DNA of 64,000 nt from Promethearchaeia archaeon (GTDB lineage Archaea; Asgardarchaeota; Lokiarchaeia; Sigyniarchaeales; SOKP01). Both the position numbers and the translations under genes were made by a program. A model generated the notes under the pieces. The model saw only the letters and a list, made by a program, of their open reading frames with translations. It did not search any database and was not told the origin of the DNA. How positions within the stretch are numbered: position 1 is the first letter of the stretch; every line of letters starts with the position of its first letter. Where the stretch lies: the NCBI GenBank assembly GCA_046483985.1, contig JAWOCD010000084.1:1-64000 (forward strand), in the 5' to 3' direction. Positions 18,313-27,544 of this stretch are shown in pieces.

Positions 18313-19398
18313 TTAAAATTTATACCTTAAAACCGCAATGATAGAGCCTAAATCAATCACTTGTCGTCCTGTGGGGTGTTGGCTGCTGATGATATGCACT
18401 TTCCCTCCAGTATGTTCTACATTGCTTATAATCTCTTCGATCTTTAATCTTTGCTCATTAGAGGTTCCTCGAATCATTTTATCCACCACCAACAAAAATT
18501 TCACAGCTCCCCGCTCTGCCGCTTCTGCAACCTCTTCTAATCCAATCGCTACCAAATCGGGGTCTTTTGCAAAAAGTTCTAAGATTTTTTGGATTTTCTC
18601 ACTTTCTTCGAATATCTTGATTTTGTGTTTTAATTTTGTCAATTCTTTAGATTTTAGAACCTCCAATATAGCGCTTTCGGTGCCAGAGCTCGCTTGAATG
18701 CTCCGAATCTTACTTAGATACTCACGATTCGTATTCTTTTTTAAGTATTTGATTAGTTGCTTTCGCACATGTGCTGGACCACAGATAATGATAAGTTTAA
18801 TTTCCGTTAATTTCAAATTTGATTCAATAACGTTTTGAATATCCCCAAAAAAGTCCGCATATGCCTTATTTCTCCATTTTTGCTCATATCGTTTCCCAGG
18901 TATATTCTTTTTGATGGTTGCTAAATTTTTCTGGGAAAAATTCGTAATCAGTTGCATCGTTGCCAATCCTGATTCGACTGCAATTATGAGAATATTAAAA
19001 CTGGACTGAAACTTGACTGAGAGTTCTTTAAGGCGTTTGATCTGGCTTTCTACCCAATGCTGTTTCAGTATAGTTAATTTATCATTCAGTTCAATATTAA
19101 AAGTATGATAGGAGCCATAGGAAATCCACTCTTTTGGACCTTCTAAGATGGTCCCTTTAATACGAAGGCGATTCGAAAATTCATGAAATGCAATACTTTC
19201 CACTTTCAGCGTTAATCGCATTCGTTTTCGCTCTCCAGAGCTTCCTTCCCGAAAGACCACTCGGCGTGAAGTATAAGCCGATACTTTATCACCAGGAGAA
19301 AGGACATTATAAAGCGCCCAGAGATCATTCAGATTTTCAACGCGGACAACTATTTTATCATCGTTTTTATTAATTTCCAGAATCTTCATGCAGTTCAC
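18313..19398 (-). CDS. pelA: mRNA surveillance protein pelota
   Basis: ENLNDLWALYNVL, FHEFSNRLRIKG, GSYHT, PGKR, IAVLRY; likely start ATG 19389. Confidence 0.93.
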   Translation of the reverse strand: MNCMKILEINKNDDKIVVRVENLNDLWALYNVLSPGDKVSAYTSRRVVFREGSSGERKRMRLTLKVESIAFHEFSNRLRIKGTILEGPKEWISYGSYHTFNIELNDKLTILKQHWVESQIKRLKELSVKFQSSFNILIIAVESGLATMQLITNFSQKNLATIKKNIPGKRYEQKWRNKAYADFFGDIQNVIESNLKLTEIKLIIICGPAHVRKQLIKYLKKNTNREYLSKIRSIQASSGTESAILEVLKSKELTKLKHKIKIFEESEKIQKILELFAKDPDLVAIGLEEVAEAAERGAVKFLLVVDKMIRGTSNEQRLKIEEIISNVEHTGGKVHIISSQHPTGRQVIDLGSIIAVLRYKF

Positions 19399-19454
19399 TT
19401 AAATAAATCATTGAAACTTAAATAAATTAGGTCTCATAGATTAAAAGAAAGGAG

Positions 19455-19506
19455 TAAATCAATAAATCAATAAATCAATAAATCAATAAATCAATAAATC
19501 AATAAA
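19455..19506. repeat. Tandem 8-mer repeat (TAAATCAA) x6.5
   Basis: Perfect copies read directly. Confidence 0.95.
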
Positions 19507-19543
19507 AAGAAATAGAAAAAATGAAAAATATATAAATAACGAG

Positions 19544-19696
19544 TTATTCTTGACCTTCTAATTTTTCCTTCAGTTTCTGAATCTCTTCCATCCGTTTTTT
19601 CTTCTCTTCTTCTGCTTGCTTTAACTCATTTTCATCTGGTTTTTGAAGTTTAACGCCTTTCTTAATCTCATCTTCAAGTTCCTTATCTATTGGCAC
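19544..19696 (-). CDS. 50-aa microprotein with WH2/actobindin-like N-terminus and coiled-coil C-terminus (not in ORF track)
   Basis: GTG start 8 nt after AAGGTG; MPIDKELEDEIKKGVKLQKPDENELKQAEEEKKKRMEEIQKLKEKLEGQE*. Confidence 0.7.
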   Translation of the reverse strand: MPIDKELEDEIKKGVKLQKPDENELKQAEEEKKKRMEEIQKLKEKLEGQE

Positions 19697-19777
19697 GATC
19701 TTTACACCTTCTATTGTTTAAATTTATTTTTTATATTTTTTTATAGTGATGATGAAATATCCTTATACACAATTATA

Positions 19778-19832
19778 AGTGTTTTTGTTTTTAAGTTTAA
19801 TTTTTTTATAATGATGAGTGTTTTTGTTTTTA
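19778..19832. promoter_or_regulatory. 16-bp direct repeat upstream of the microprotein
   Basis: AGTGTTTTTGTTTTTA at 19778 and 19817. Confidence 0.4.
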
Positions 19833-19875
19833 GTAGAAGTAAAATTTTAACGATCAATACTTATATATTGAACTA

Positions 19876-20346
19876 TTATATTTCTAATTTCATAACAAAA
19901 GCAGATTTACCGTCTTCATAATAATCCTTGATTTTCTCCTGAATATGAAAGCCAAATTTCTCATAGACTCTAATAGCATGCGGATTATCAATATGTACAT
20001 TTAAAACGATTGATTTTATAGATGAATTCTTCCGTATACGCTTAATTGTTTCATCAAGAAGGAAGCTCCCATATCCTTTATTCCGAAAAGGATCATCAAT
20101 TAAAAAATTAATAATATTCGCTCTATCTTTTCTATCTTTTATGACTATAATAAACCCAATTATTTTTTTCTTAAAAAGAAACCCTTTAGTTAACTTAAGA
20201 AACAAAAAATGATTTTGAATCAATTTCTCCATGATCTCTTCGGAAAACGCATTTTCTTGAAAAGTTTTCTTCTCTAAACGATTCAATTCTTCTAAATCCT
20301 TCTTCCATACTTTTTTAATCTTCATAATAATCGGGATGCTCTTCAA
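19876..20346 (-). CDS. GNAT N-acetyltransferase (RimI/Ard1-like)
   Basis: FRNKGYGSFLL, LNVHIDNPHAIRVYEKFGF, YYEDG. Confidence 0.88.
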   Translation of the reverse strand: MKSIPIIMKIKKVWKKDLEELNRLEKKTFQENAFSEEIMEKLIQNHFLFLKLTKGFLFKKKIIGFIIVIKDRKDRANIINFLIDDPFRNKGYGSFLLDETIKRIRKNSSIKSIVLNVHIDNPHAIRVYEKFGFHIQEKIKDYYEDGKSAFVMKLEI

Positions 20347-21463
20347 TAAATACTTTTAAAGGGATCTCTTCGGTGATCTGTTGGTATTTACCGCGAAAAG
20401 GGGTAATTTCCACCACTCGCCCTTCCAGAGGAAAGTTCGTCAGTTCTGCAAGAAAATCCTTTTCCAAAAAGAGATAATAAGGTATCTTTAAAAAATTCTC
20501 CCTCCAGTCCAAATCCAACATTTCGGGGGGGATTCCTGATTCATCCCGCAAGAGATGGAAAAGGGATTCAAGATCTTCGCGTGACCCAGTAATTTTGCCG
20601 TAGATGAGCAGGCCTTCCGAGGTGATCTCCTCATAGGGTTTTTTAATAGTCTGGGCACGTCTTCTATAGCGGTTTTTTAATTGGTAATAGTCCTTAGCCC
20701 GGGTAGTGCATAAGTGAAACTTAAGGGAAACGCGATCCATCGTCTTCTTTATGAGAGAGATCCCAGCTTCTTTACTTCCTTTAACTGAGGCGATAGTATT
20801 ATAATCAAGCGAGAACCCTCGTTTTCTAAGCTCTTCAGAATTCGGGAAACAATACTCAAATTCATTTAGATTAATAAATTCAGCACCCATCTCATCTAAA
20901 TATAGGATAAGTTCTTGAAGATTCTCTAACGCTTTCTCACTTGGAATAATGGGCAACTCCGCACCAACTGATATCCCCTTATCTAATGCAAAATGAATGC
21001 TATTCCAATCCTTTTTCGATGGATGAAACCGTATCTCGTCCAATCCTGCATGAGCTAAGTCTTCTGCAATTTTCTCCGTAAAATCGACTCCATTGGTGTA
21101 TAGATGGATATGAAACTGAGAACCCATCTGGTTTTTACTGTATTTTATATATTTGAGTGTTTTTTCTAGATTAGGTGCATATAGCGGTTCTCCGCCGGTA
21201 ATACTCATTCCTTTAGCTTGCATTTTATGTAACTCTTCAATTAACTCGTGTTTGGAGGTGAGCCGAATCTCGTTGATATAACTATCTGATTTTCCCTTAC
21301 GTTTTTCTGAAAGCGGACAATACCATCTGCAATGCGGCGGTAATTGACAGAGTCCGTTTAAAAATAAGACTCCTTTTGCTCCTTGAAGACAATATTCACA
21401 TCCTTTCGGGATGCCCCGGGATTTAATATAGTAGGTGGATTCAGGGCCGTGAAATAGATTAAT
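20315..21463 (-). CDS. Radical SAM protein (COG2108-like); true N-terminus extends 80 codons upstream of the annotated ATG
   Basis: In-frame upstream GIPKGCEYCLQGAKGVLFLNGLCQLPPHCRWYCPLS; ITGGEP, HLYTNG, GLDEIRFH. Confidence 0.85.
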   Translation of the reverse strand: MNLFHGPESTYYIKSRGIPKGCEYCLQGAKGVLFLNGLCQLPPHCRWYCPLSEKRKGKSDSYINEIRLTSKHELIEELHKMQAKGMSITGGEPLYAPNLEKTLKYIKYSKNQMGSQFHIHLYTNGVDFTEKIAEDLAHAGLDEIRFHPSKKDWNSIHFALDKGISVGAELPIIPSEKALENLQELILYLDEMGAEFINLNEFEYCFPNSEELRKRGFSLDYNTIASVKGSKEAGISLIKKTMDRVSLKFHLCTTRAKDYYQLKNRYRRRAQTIKKPYEEITSEGLLIYGKITGSREDLESLFHLLRDESGIPPEMLDLDWRENFLKIPYYLFLEKDFLAELTNFPLEGRVVEITPFRGKYQQITEEIPLKVFIEEHPDYYED

Positions 21464-22193
21464 AGGAACTCAACTTTTTTCTGATAATTGAATTAGAATT
21501 CTTAAGATTTTTTATTGCTTGCTCTGTGGATAATTGAGGGGGGATCTCTTCTTTTAAAAACACCCCGGTTCTGCCATGCTTCTCCCGGCGTAATAGCACA
21601 GATATTCGTTCTTTTACAATTTTAGTAGATACTCCCACTTCCTTAGCGGCAACGCTTTTTCGATTAAGGATCGACTGCTCAAAATGGCCGTATGTGGCGG
21701 GTTGAATAAGGACAAGCCGTTTGTCTATCCCAGGAACTCTTTTTTCGGTCAATAATTGTTCGAGGGCGACTTTCCCACCAAAATCATAAAATTCCCTTTC
21801 GGTTGGAGATAATTTTGTTAAGGGGATGGTAATGGATTCAAGCTCGCTTAAATAAATATACAATTTTATCGAATCCGCGGGAGTGGCCATGATAATTTCT
21901 CTATGATAGCGGGTTATGTTGTGTTTCTTTAAAATTATTTCAATTTGGAAAGGAGAAATCGTGTCTAAAAATACAATATCCACATCGCTTAATTCGTGGA
22001 CATTTCCTCTCGCAATACTCCCATATACATAGGGATGCAACGCCTCTCTCTTAAATAATTCCAACAAATCTCGGGCTTGAGTGCGTTTTTTCTCGAGTAA
22101 ATTCCACTGCTCTGAGGAGTACAAGATCTTTCTCTCATAATTTCTGAGAATTTTTTCTCTCGACATCTGTCTGAGGTAAGGAATACTCATCAA
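21459..22193 (-). CDS. Archaeal Pol-beta superfamily nucleotidyltransferase (COG2413-like)
   Basis: YGSIARG..SDVDI, RVPGIDKRL, GRTGVF. Confidence 0.85.
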   Translation of the reverse strand: MMSIPYLRQMSREKILRNYERKILYSSEQWNLLEKKRTQARDLLELFKREALHPYVYGSIARGNVHELSDVDIVFLDTISPFQIEIILKKHNITRYHREIIMATPADSIKLYIYLSELESITIPLTKLSPTEREFYDFGGKVALEQLLTEKRVPGIDKRLVLIQPATYGHFEQSILNRKSVAAKEVGVSTKIVKERISVLLRREKHGRTGVFLKEEIPPQLSTEQAIKNLKNSNSIIRKKLSSY

Positions 22194-23004
22194 TAATTTT
22201 TATTATTTTAATTAATAAGAGAGATTCGTAATTTTTAAAAGAGCGGCGAGCAGAACCTAAAATCCCAAGCGGTAATTGTTGGATATCATTTTCTTTTTTA
22301 AAATTAAGGAGAAAGTTAAACGTGCTATTCTTCAAGAAAAAGAAAGAATAAAAACTCAGAATAAAATTTAACTGACCCAACGGAGATTGGAATGTCCCAT
22401 GTTGTTGTAATATGCTCTTATACTCAGAATTCAAGGGAGGATTAATAGAAACTGTTCCTTGATAAAACTGAGATGAAGAGAGAGATTCTGATAAAAAAGT
22501 CAGCGTGAAAAAATCAACAACGATGAAATTACGATCGGAAATATATTCTTGGGATATAAGATGGTCAAAATAACCGTCAATATTCTGGGCGAGCTTTTTT
22601 TCTTCCTTAGGGAAAGGGGGAGAAGACAGCGAGTGTTTTTTTAAAACGAGCCAAAGAATTGAATAGCCATATGTTCCAAGGGCCTCAACTAATGCATATT
22701 CAAGCCTTTTTCTCTTGTTTTTAGATAAAACCACAAGTACGGGAGATTTTCGAGTTATGGAGATTTTGTTTTGGACAAATTGGATGGTTTTTAAAAGTGA
22801 TTTTTGACCCTTTTGTGATGGTTGTTCGAGGTAGTGCACCGAAAGATGTTCATTGGAGAAAGAAGTGCGCCATCTGGCCATATATTTATAGATTTTAACA
22901 ATTGTAAGCACTAGAATGAGGAAAATAATAATGATTGAATCTATTAATATCCAGTTCAGGTGAAAGATATTTAAAAACATCATTTTACAACCTTTTCCAA
23001 CCAT
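22135..23004 (-). CDS. Membrane-anchored protein, degenerate alpha/beta-hydrolase-like
   Basis: N-terminal TM helix; hydrolase-like pattern with no GxSxG. Confidence 0.55.
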   Translation of the reverse strand: MVGKGCKMMFLNIFHLNWILIDSIIIIFLILVLTIVKIYKYMARWRTSFSNEHLSVHYLEQPSQKGQKSLLKTIQFVQNKISITRKSPVLVVLSKNKRKRLEYALVEALGTYGYSILWLVLKKHSLSSPPFPKEEKKLAQNIDGYFDHLISQEYISDRNFIVVDFFTLTFLSESLSSSQFYQGTVSINPPLNSEYKSILQQHGTFQSPLGQLNFILSFYSFFFLKNSTFNFLLNFKKENDIQQLPLGILGSARRSFKNYESLLLIKIIKIIDEYSLPQTDVERKNSQKL

Positions 23005-23291
23005 TTCAAATATTTTTCAGAGCCCTTCTTGATGGGAAATCCCACACATTCGGGAGTTTCATATGGATGGATCTTTTCAATTTTTTCGATTAAAGCAGCA
23101 GCGTTTTTACCAGTGGTTTTCATGATCAGTAAGACTTCATTAGCCACTTCCACCTTTCCCTTCCATCGATAAATCGAATGAATGTCTTGAGCAATATTAA
23201 CACATGCTGCTAAACGATTTTCTACCATTTCTCTTCCAATTTTTTTCCCCTCTTCAAGAGAAGGAACCGTTACAAAGAAAATGAAATTCAT
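22980..23291 (-). CDS. cutA: CutA divalent cation tolerance protein
   Basis: LAACVN, SIYRWKG, HPYETPE, YLKW. Confidence 0.93.
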   Translation of the reverse strand: MNFIFFVTVPSLEEGKKIGREMVENRLAACVNIAQDIHSIYRWKGKVEVANEVLLIMKTTGKNAAALIEKIEKIHPYETPECVGFPIKKGSEKYLKWLEKVVK

Positions 23292-23430
23292 AACATTAAT
23301 TCAAAAGATCTAATATCCAAAATTGTATTCTTAATAATAAAATCAATATAATTTTATTAGTAATAATAATTATTATTAATAAGTAGTTTTTAAGTTTATA
23401 TTATATATTAAGATAATTTGGTATTAGTGT

Positions 23431-24156
23431 ATGCTTCATAATGTTTACTTGATTCATCAAAAAACGGGTATCTGCTTGATCCATCGCAAGTATGGTTCTA
23501 TTGATTTTAACCAAGACTTGGTTTCGGGGTTTCTAACCGCGTTGAAGGATTTTAGTATCGAATTTAGCAAAGGTGCGGGAGAATTAAAAGTGGTGGATAT
23601 GCGTGTGTTTTACCTGATGCTGGTCTTTAAACATGGAATACTATTCTGTGCCGCAGCTGACAAAAACGATGACGCAAAAATATGTCATAAAAAACTTACA
23701 GAAGTAATAGATGAATTCAATAAACGATTCGGGGATAAGATCGAGGATTGGAATGGAGATGTCCGAATCTTCAAAGGATTTAAAGATATCATCGATGAGA
23801 TTCTAGAAAACGGAAAGGTCGCAGAGGTTCCACTAAAAATCCCGGTTTTAAAGATTTTTAAGAAAGATTTCATGAAAACAAAAAAGAAAATTGCAAAAAA
23901 GGGAATGGTGCTTTCCAAGGACGACCTGAAAAAAGGAGCCGATCAGAAGCCAAAATGGACAAAGAAACGTTTGCCGAAAGTGGTAATAACACAAGGATTT
24001 TTAGACAAAGAACAATATGAAGTCGCGCACCTCGCGGATGGGTTTCATACAATTCCTGAAATTGCCGAGGAGGCGGGGAAACCAGTTGCAGAAATCCAAT
24101 CAATCATCGATCGCTTGGATGAGTTAAAACTGCTCAAATTTATAGATATAAAATAA
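23431..24156 (+). CDS. Longin/roadblock-like domain plus C-terminal winged helix
   Basis: HNVYLIHQKTGICL..DLVSGFLTALKDFS; C-terminal DGFHTIPEIAEEAG..LDELKLL. Confidence 0.7.
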   Translation: MLHNVYLIHQKTGICLIHRKYGSIDFNQDLVSGFLTALKDFSIEFSKGAGELKVVDMRVFYLMLVFKHGILFCAAADKNDDAKICHKKLTEVIDEFNKRFGDKIEDWNGDVRIFKGFKDIIDEILENGKVAEVPLKIPVLKIFKKDFMKTKKKIAKKGMVLSKDDLKKGADQKPKWTKKRLPKVVITQGFLDKEQYEVAHLADGFHTIPEIAEEAGKPVAEIQSIIDRLDELKLLKFIDIK

Positions 24157-24228
24157 CCGTTTCCCTCATCAATCCTTTTCTATTGGTGCGCTCTCTTTAT
24201 CTTAACCATTTTATTTATTATTTTTCAA

Positions 24229-25710
24229 GTGGATCGTATGGAAGTCAAAAAGGTTGGAAAAAACATTTATGAGATTCCCCCAAAAATGTTAATGGCCAGG
24301 GTTCGAAACAGAATTAATTCATTTAAGATGGAGGTGCCCGTGCATATATACGCTAATGAATATATTTTACAGAGAATTAAACAAGATCGGACATTGGAGC
24401 AGATAACAAATGTTGCGTGTTTACCTGGCAGTCAAAAGCACGCAATTGCGCTTTCAGATGCCCATCAGGGATATGGATTCTGTATTGGGGGAGTTGCAGC
24501 AACAGATGGAGATACGGGGTGCATATCCCCCGGAGGCGTGGGATTTGATATTAATTGCGGTGTACGACTACTCCGAACCAATCTCCATGAAAAAGATATA
24601 CATAAAGAACTTCCTGAACTCTTAAACACGATTTTCCAAAAGGTCCCCTCCGGACTTGGTTCCAGAGGGAAATTGCGAATATCGAAAGGGGAATTGGACC
24701 ATTTATTAAACGATGGAATGAAATGGGCATTAAAGCATGAATATGCAATCGAAGACGATTTAGAACACTGTGAAGAAAATGGGTTTTTGGAGGATGCAAA
24801 CGCCAATCTCGTTTCAGAAAAGGCAAAAAATAGAGGAATTAAACAAGTGGGATCTTTGGGAAGCGGTAATCACTTTCTCGAGATCCAGAAGGTGGATCGG
24901 ATTTACGATAAGAAAACCGCAAAACGGTTGGGTATTCATGATAAAAAGCAAGTTACTATTATGATTCATACCGGAAGCCGAGCAATGGGACACCAAATCT
25001 GTACTGATTCGCTCAGAAGTGTAGAAAAGGCAATGAGAGAGCAAGATATTAAAGTTCCCGACCGTGAATTGGCATGTGTTCCGGCTAATACTTCTGCAGC
25101 GCAAGATTATATGAAACAAATGGCTTGTGCTGCCAATTTCGGATTTTGTAATAGACAACTTATTACACATTGGATAAGAACGGCATTTCAGCAAATTCTA
25201 AGTAAACAACCCGAAGAGATGGATTTAAATCTTGTCTATGGAGTGTGTCACAATATTCTTAAAAAGGAGAAACACAATATTGGTGGCAAGGTTAAAACCG
25301 TGAATGTCCATAGAAAGGGAGCAACGAGGGCCTTTCCGCCAAGTCATCCTAAAGTCCCAAAAGATTATAAGAAAATTGGACAACCGGTATTGATTCCCGG
25401 TACTATGGGTTCTGCGTCCTATTTATGCGTAGGTCAGCAAAACTCCATGGAACTATCATTCGGGTCCACCGCACATGGCTCAGGGAGAGTGATGTCTCGA
25501 TCAAGAGCCAAACGGAAATATTGGGGAGAAGACGTGGCTAATGATTTGGGTAGTAGCGGGATTTTAGTGAAAGCATCTTCCATGCGAGTCATTGCCGAGG
25601 AAGCGCCAGAAGCATATAAGGATATAGACCAAGTTGTTGATGTTTCTCATGAGTTGGGTATAATCAAAAAAGTGGTAAGATTACGTCCCCTCGGGGTGGT
25701 AAAAGGATGA
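24229..25710 (+). CDS. rtcB: tRNA-splicing ligase RtcB
   Basis: DAHQGYGF, GFDINCG, GSGNHF, HRKGAT, HGSGR, EEAPEAYK. Confidence 0.97.
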   Translation: MDRMEVKKVGKNIYEIPPKMLMARVRNRINSFKMEVPVHIYANEYILQRIKQDRTLEQITNVACLPGSQKHAIALSDAHQGYGFCIGGVAATDGDTGCISPGGVGFDINCGVRLLRTNLHEKDIHKELPELLNTIFQKVPSGLGSRGKLRISKGELDHLLNDGMKWALKHEYAIEDDLEHCEENGFLEDANANLVSEKAKNRGIKQVGSLGSGNHFLEIQKVDRIYDKKTAKRLGIHDKKQVTIMIHTGSRAMGHQICTDSLRSVEKAMREQDIKVPDRELACVPANTSAAQDYMKQMACAANFGFCNRQLITHWIRTAFQQILSKQPEEMDLNLVYGVCHNILKKEKHNIGGKVKTVNVHRKGATRAFPPSHPKVPKDYKKIGQPVLIPGTMGSASYLCVGQQNSMELSFGSTAHGSGRVMSRSRAKRKYWGEDVANDLGSSGILVKASSMRVIAEEAPEAYKDIDQVVDVSHELGIIKKVVRLRPLGVVKG

Positions 25711-25735
25711 ATTTAATCTTGCAAATTTTTTCATT

Positions 25736-26173
25736 CTATATGTCAAATACAATACTGATTTCGACTTTATCCTCTTCTTCTTTTATTTCCATAAAAGAGT
25801 AGGTAATTGCTTTAACTTCCGTTCCGATTTCATGGTTATCTCTATCAAATTGCTCCCCTTTCATTGAGGCTTTTAGTTGATATTCATCGTTGATTTTTTC
25901 AATGGTCTCTACTTTAATTTCGCTAAAAATAAGATTTTCTACATCGAAAATATAGAGAAATTCGCTCAGAAAATCAAAGAGTAATGCTTCCTTATCCTCT
26001 GCGGTAACTTCAAGTTCTTTTTTTATTTTCGGATCAATTTTCTCTAAATCCGGTGAAATGGTTTCCATAAGGCTTAACGCTGTCTGTTCGTAGGCTTCAC
26101 ATAAATCTTGCCCCCAACTGAATATTTCAATATCCGCAGTATGATCCCGGAATTTATATCCTTTCTCTTTCAT
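25736..26173 (-). CDS. Archease
   Basis: DHTADI, EVKAITY, C-terminal VFDI. Confidence 0.95.
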   Translation of the reverse strand: MKEKGYKFRDHTADIEIFSWGQDLCEAYEQTALSLMETISPDLEKIDPKIKKELEVTAEDKEALLFDFLSEFLYIFDVENLIFSEIKVETIEKINDEYQLKASMKGEQFDRDNHEIGTEVKAITYSFMEIKEEEDKVEISIVFDI

Positions 26174-26260
26174 TTACAGTTTTCCTCCTCTATTTAAAGA
26201 AATCTTCCAAAAATGGTTTTTTCTTGTTGTTTATAATAATATTTCCTAAAAATTAATTAT

Positions 26261-26779
26261 ATGTGTTTGAAAAGTGGGGAAGAGAAAAAACCAATTTTGG
26301 GGCAAGAGATAAGATTAACCAAGAAGATTTCAAACAAAGAATTGTTTCTCATACAAGCCTTTTATAGAATTACTTGCATTTATCCTAAAAATGTCATACA
26401 CCATCAAAATTTCATCCTCTTTTTTGTAAAAAGTGCATCTTATTTTAGGTGCAAACAAAAACTGAAGTTACTTCGACAAAAGCTGGTCTCAAAAAAGATT
26501 TTGATTATCAGGCATGAAACTACCCTACTAAAATTAATATTCGGATTGTTTCCAGATATTTTTATTGATGATATCTCGATTAAGATACACGAGCAAGAAA
26601 AGATATTGCTCATTATCGTAAAGGTGCTAACTTATAAAGATCGGATGATTGCCATTGGCGGGAAAGGAACATATATAAAAATGTTAAATGAAATTATCAA
26701 TAAGTTTTTCAAGTTTGAGTTTCCTTGCAAAAAAATTACTGTAAAATGCGAAGTGAATTTACCACGGAACATCTTTTAA
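26261..26779 (+). CDS. Divergent archaeal NusA-like KH protein
   Basis: DRMIAIGGKGTYIK (KH GxxG); first KH degenerate. Confidence 0.6.
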   Translation: MCLKSGEEKKPILGQEIRLTKKISNKELFLIQAFYRITCIYPKNVIHHQNFILFFVKSASYFRCKQKLKLLRQKLVSKKILIIRHETTLLKLIFGLFPDIFIDDISIKIHEQEKILLIIVKVLTYKDRMIAIGGKGTYIKMLNEIINKFFKFEFPCKKITVKCEVNLPRNIF

Positions 26780-27541
26780 TCCTATGAGGTAGGCAGCTGT
26801 GTTCGCAATAACACTCACGGCGGGTGTTAAAATAACGAGAAAAATAACTATATTGATATCCGGCATATAAAAGAAATTCGGGATAAAGAATGCAGGAATG
26901 GCGGTAAAGAGGATCGAAAAGAGCGCAAAATCTAATTGATCCACCACCCAGAACGGTTCTCCACTGGTGATATCGAATCTGCGTTTTAGAAAGCTTCCGA
27001 TGAGGTCTCCAAATGCAGCCCCATAGGAACACAGCACGATCCTAACGATTAGCGCGAGAAAACCCCATGAAAACGGAAAAGATCCTCCGATAAAATAGTA
27101 GCCGAATATGTCTAAGGTATCATAAAGATCATAAGCATCCATATTCAACGCATTTGTAATAATAGGGGTTATGAATGGCCAAAATAATGAAAATAATATA
27201 AAAATCCCAATGGAAATAGGAATCCCAATAAAGAGCGGCCCTTTTAGGAATCCACTCCACGTCTTGTGGTCTCCAAACAGTCGTCTTCCATCCTTCAACA
27301 CACGCCCCCCGTCGATTGGTTTCCCGCCTCCTACGATCACCATTCCCGCGTTGGAAATATATCCAGGAACAATAAATAAGAGACTAAAGATAAGCAAGGC
27401 AATCCAATCCGCCCATTGATAAACGAGAGAAATAGTAAGGAAGTTTAGCAAAATGAGCAAAGCGAAAAACACCGCTAAGCGAACGGCAATCTTCGTATTC
27501 CGCTCTTTCTTCTCTTTCTTATTTGTGGAGGATTTTGACAT
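26759..27541 (-). CDS. carS: CDP-archaeol synthase
   Basis: PIDGGR..DGRRLFGDHKTW, GDLIGSFLKRR, DQLD, LKDVPW. Confidence 0.93.
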   Translation of the reverse strand: MSKSSTNKKEKKERNTKIAVRLAVFFALLILLNFLTISLVYQWADWIALLIFSLLFIVPGYISNAGMVIVGGGKPIDGGRVLKDGRRLFGDHKTWSGFLKGPLFIGIPISIGIFILFSLFWPFITPIITNALNMDAYDLYDTLDIFGYYFIGGSFPFSWGFLALIVRIVLCSYGAAFGDLIGSFLKRRFDITSGEPFWVVDQLDFALFSILFTAIPAFFIPNFFYMPDINIVIFLVILTPAVSVIANTAAYLIGLKDVPW

Positions 27542-27544
27542 ACA

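Noticed and set aside
19643-19921. 92-aa Phe-rich plus-strand ORF
   Set aside because: Low-complexity translation of an AT-rich region overlapping two better-supported minus-strand genes
24410-25194. Short overlapping ORFs inside rtcB (likewise in polC, rpoB, nrdD and others)
   Set aside because: Shadow ORFs of conserved genes with no independent coding signal
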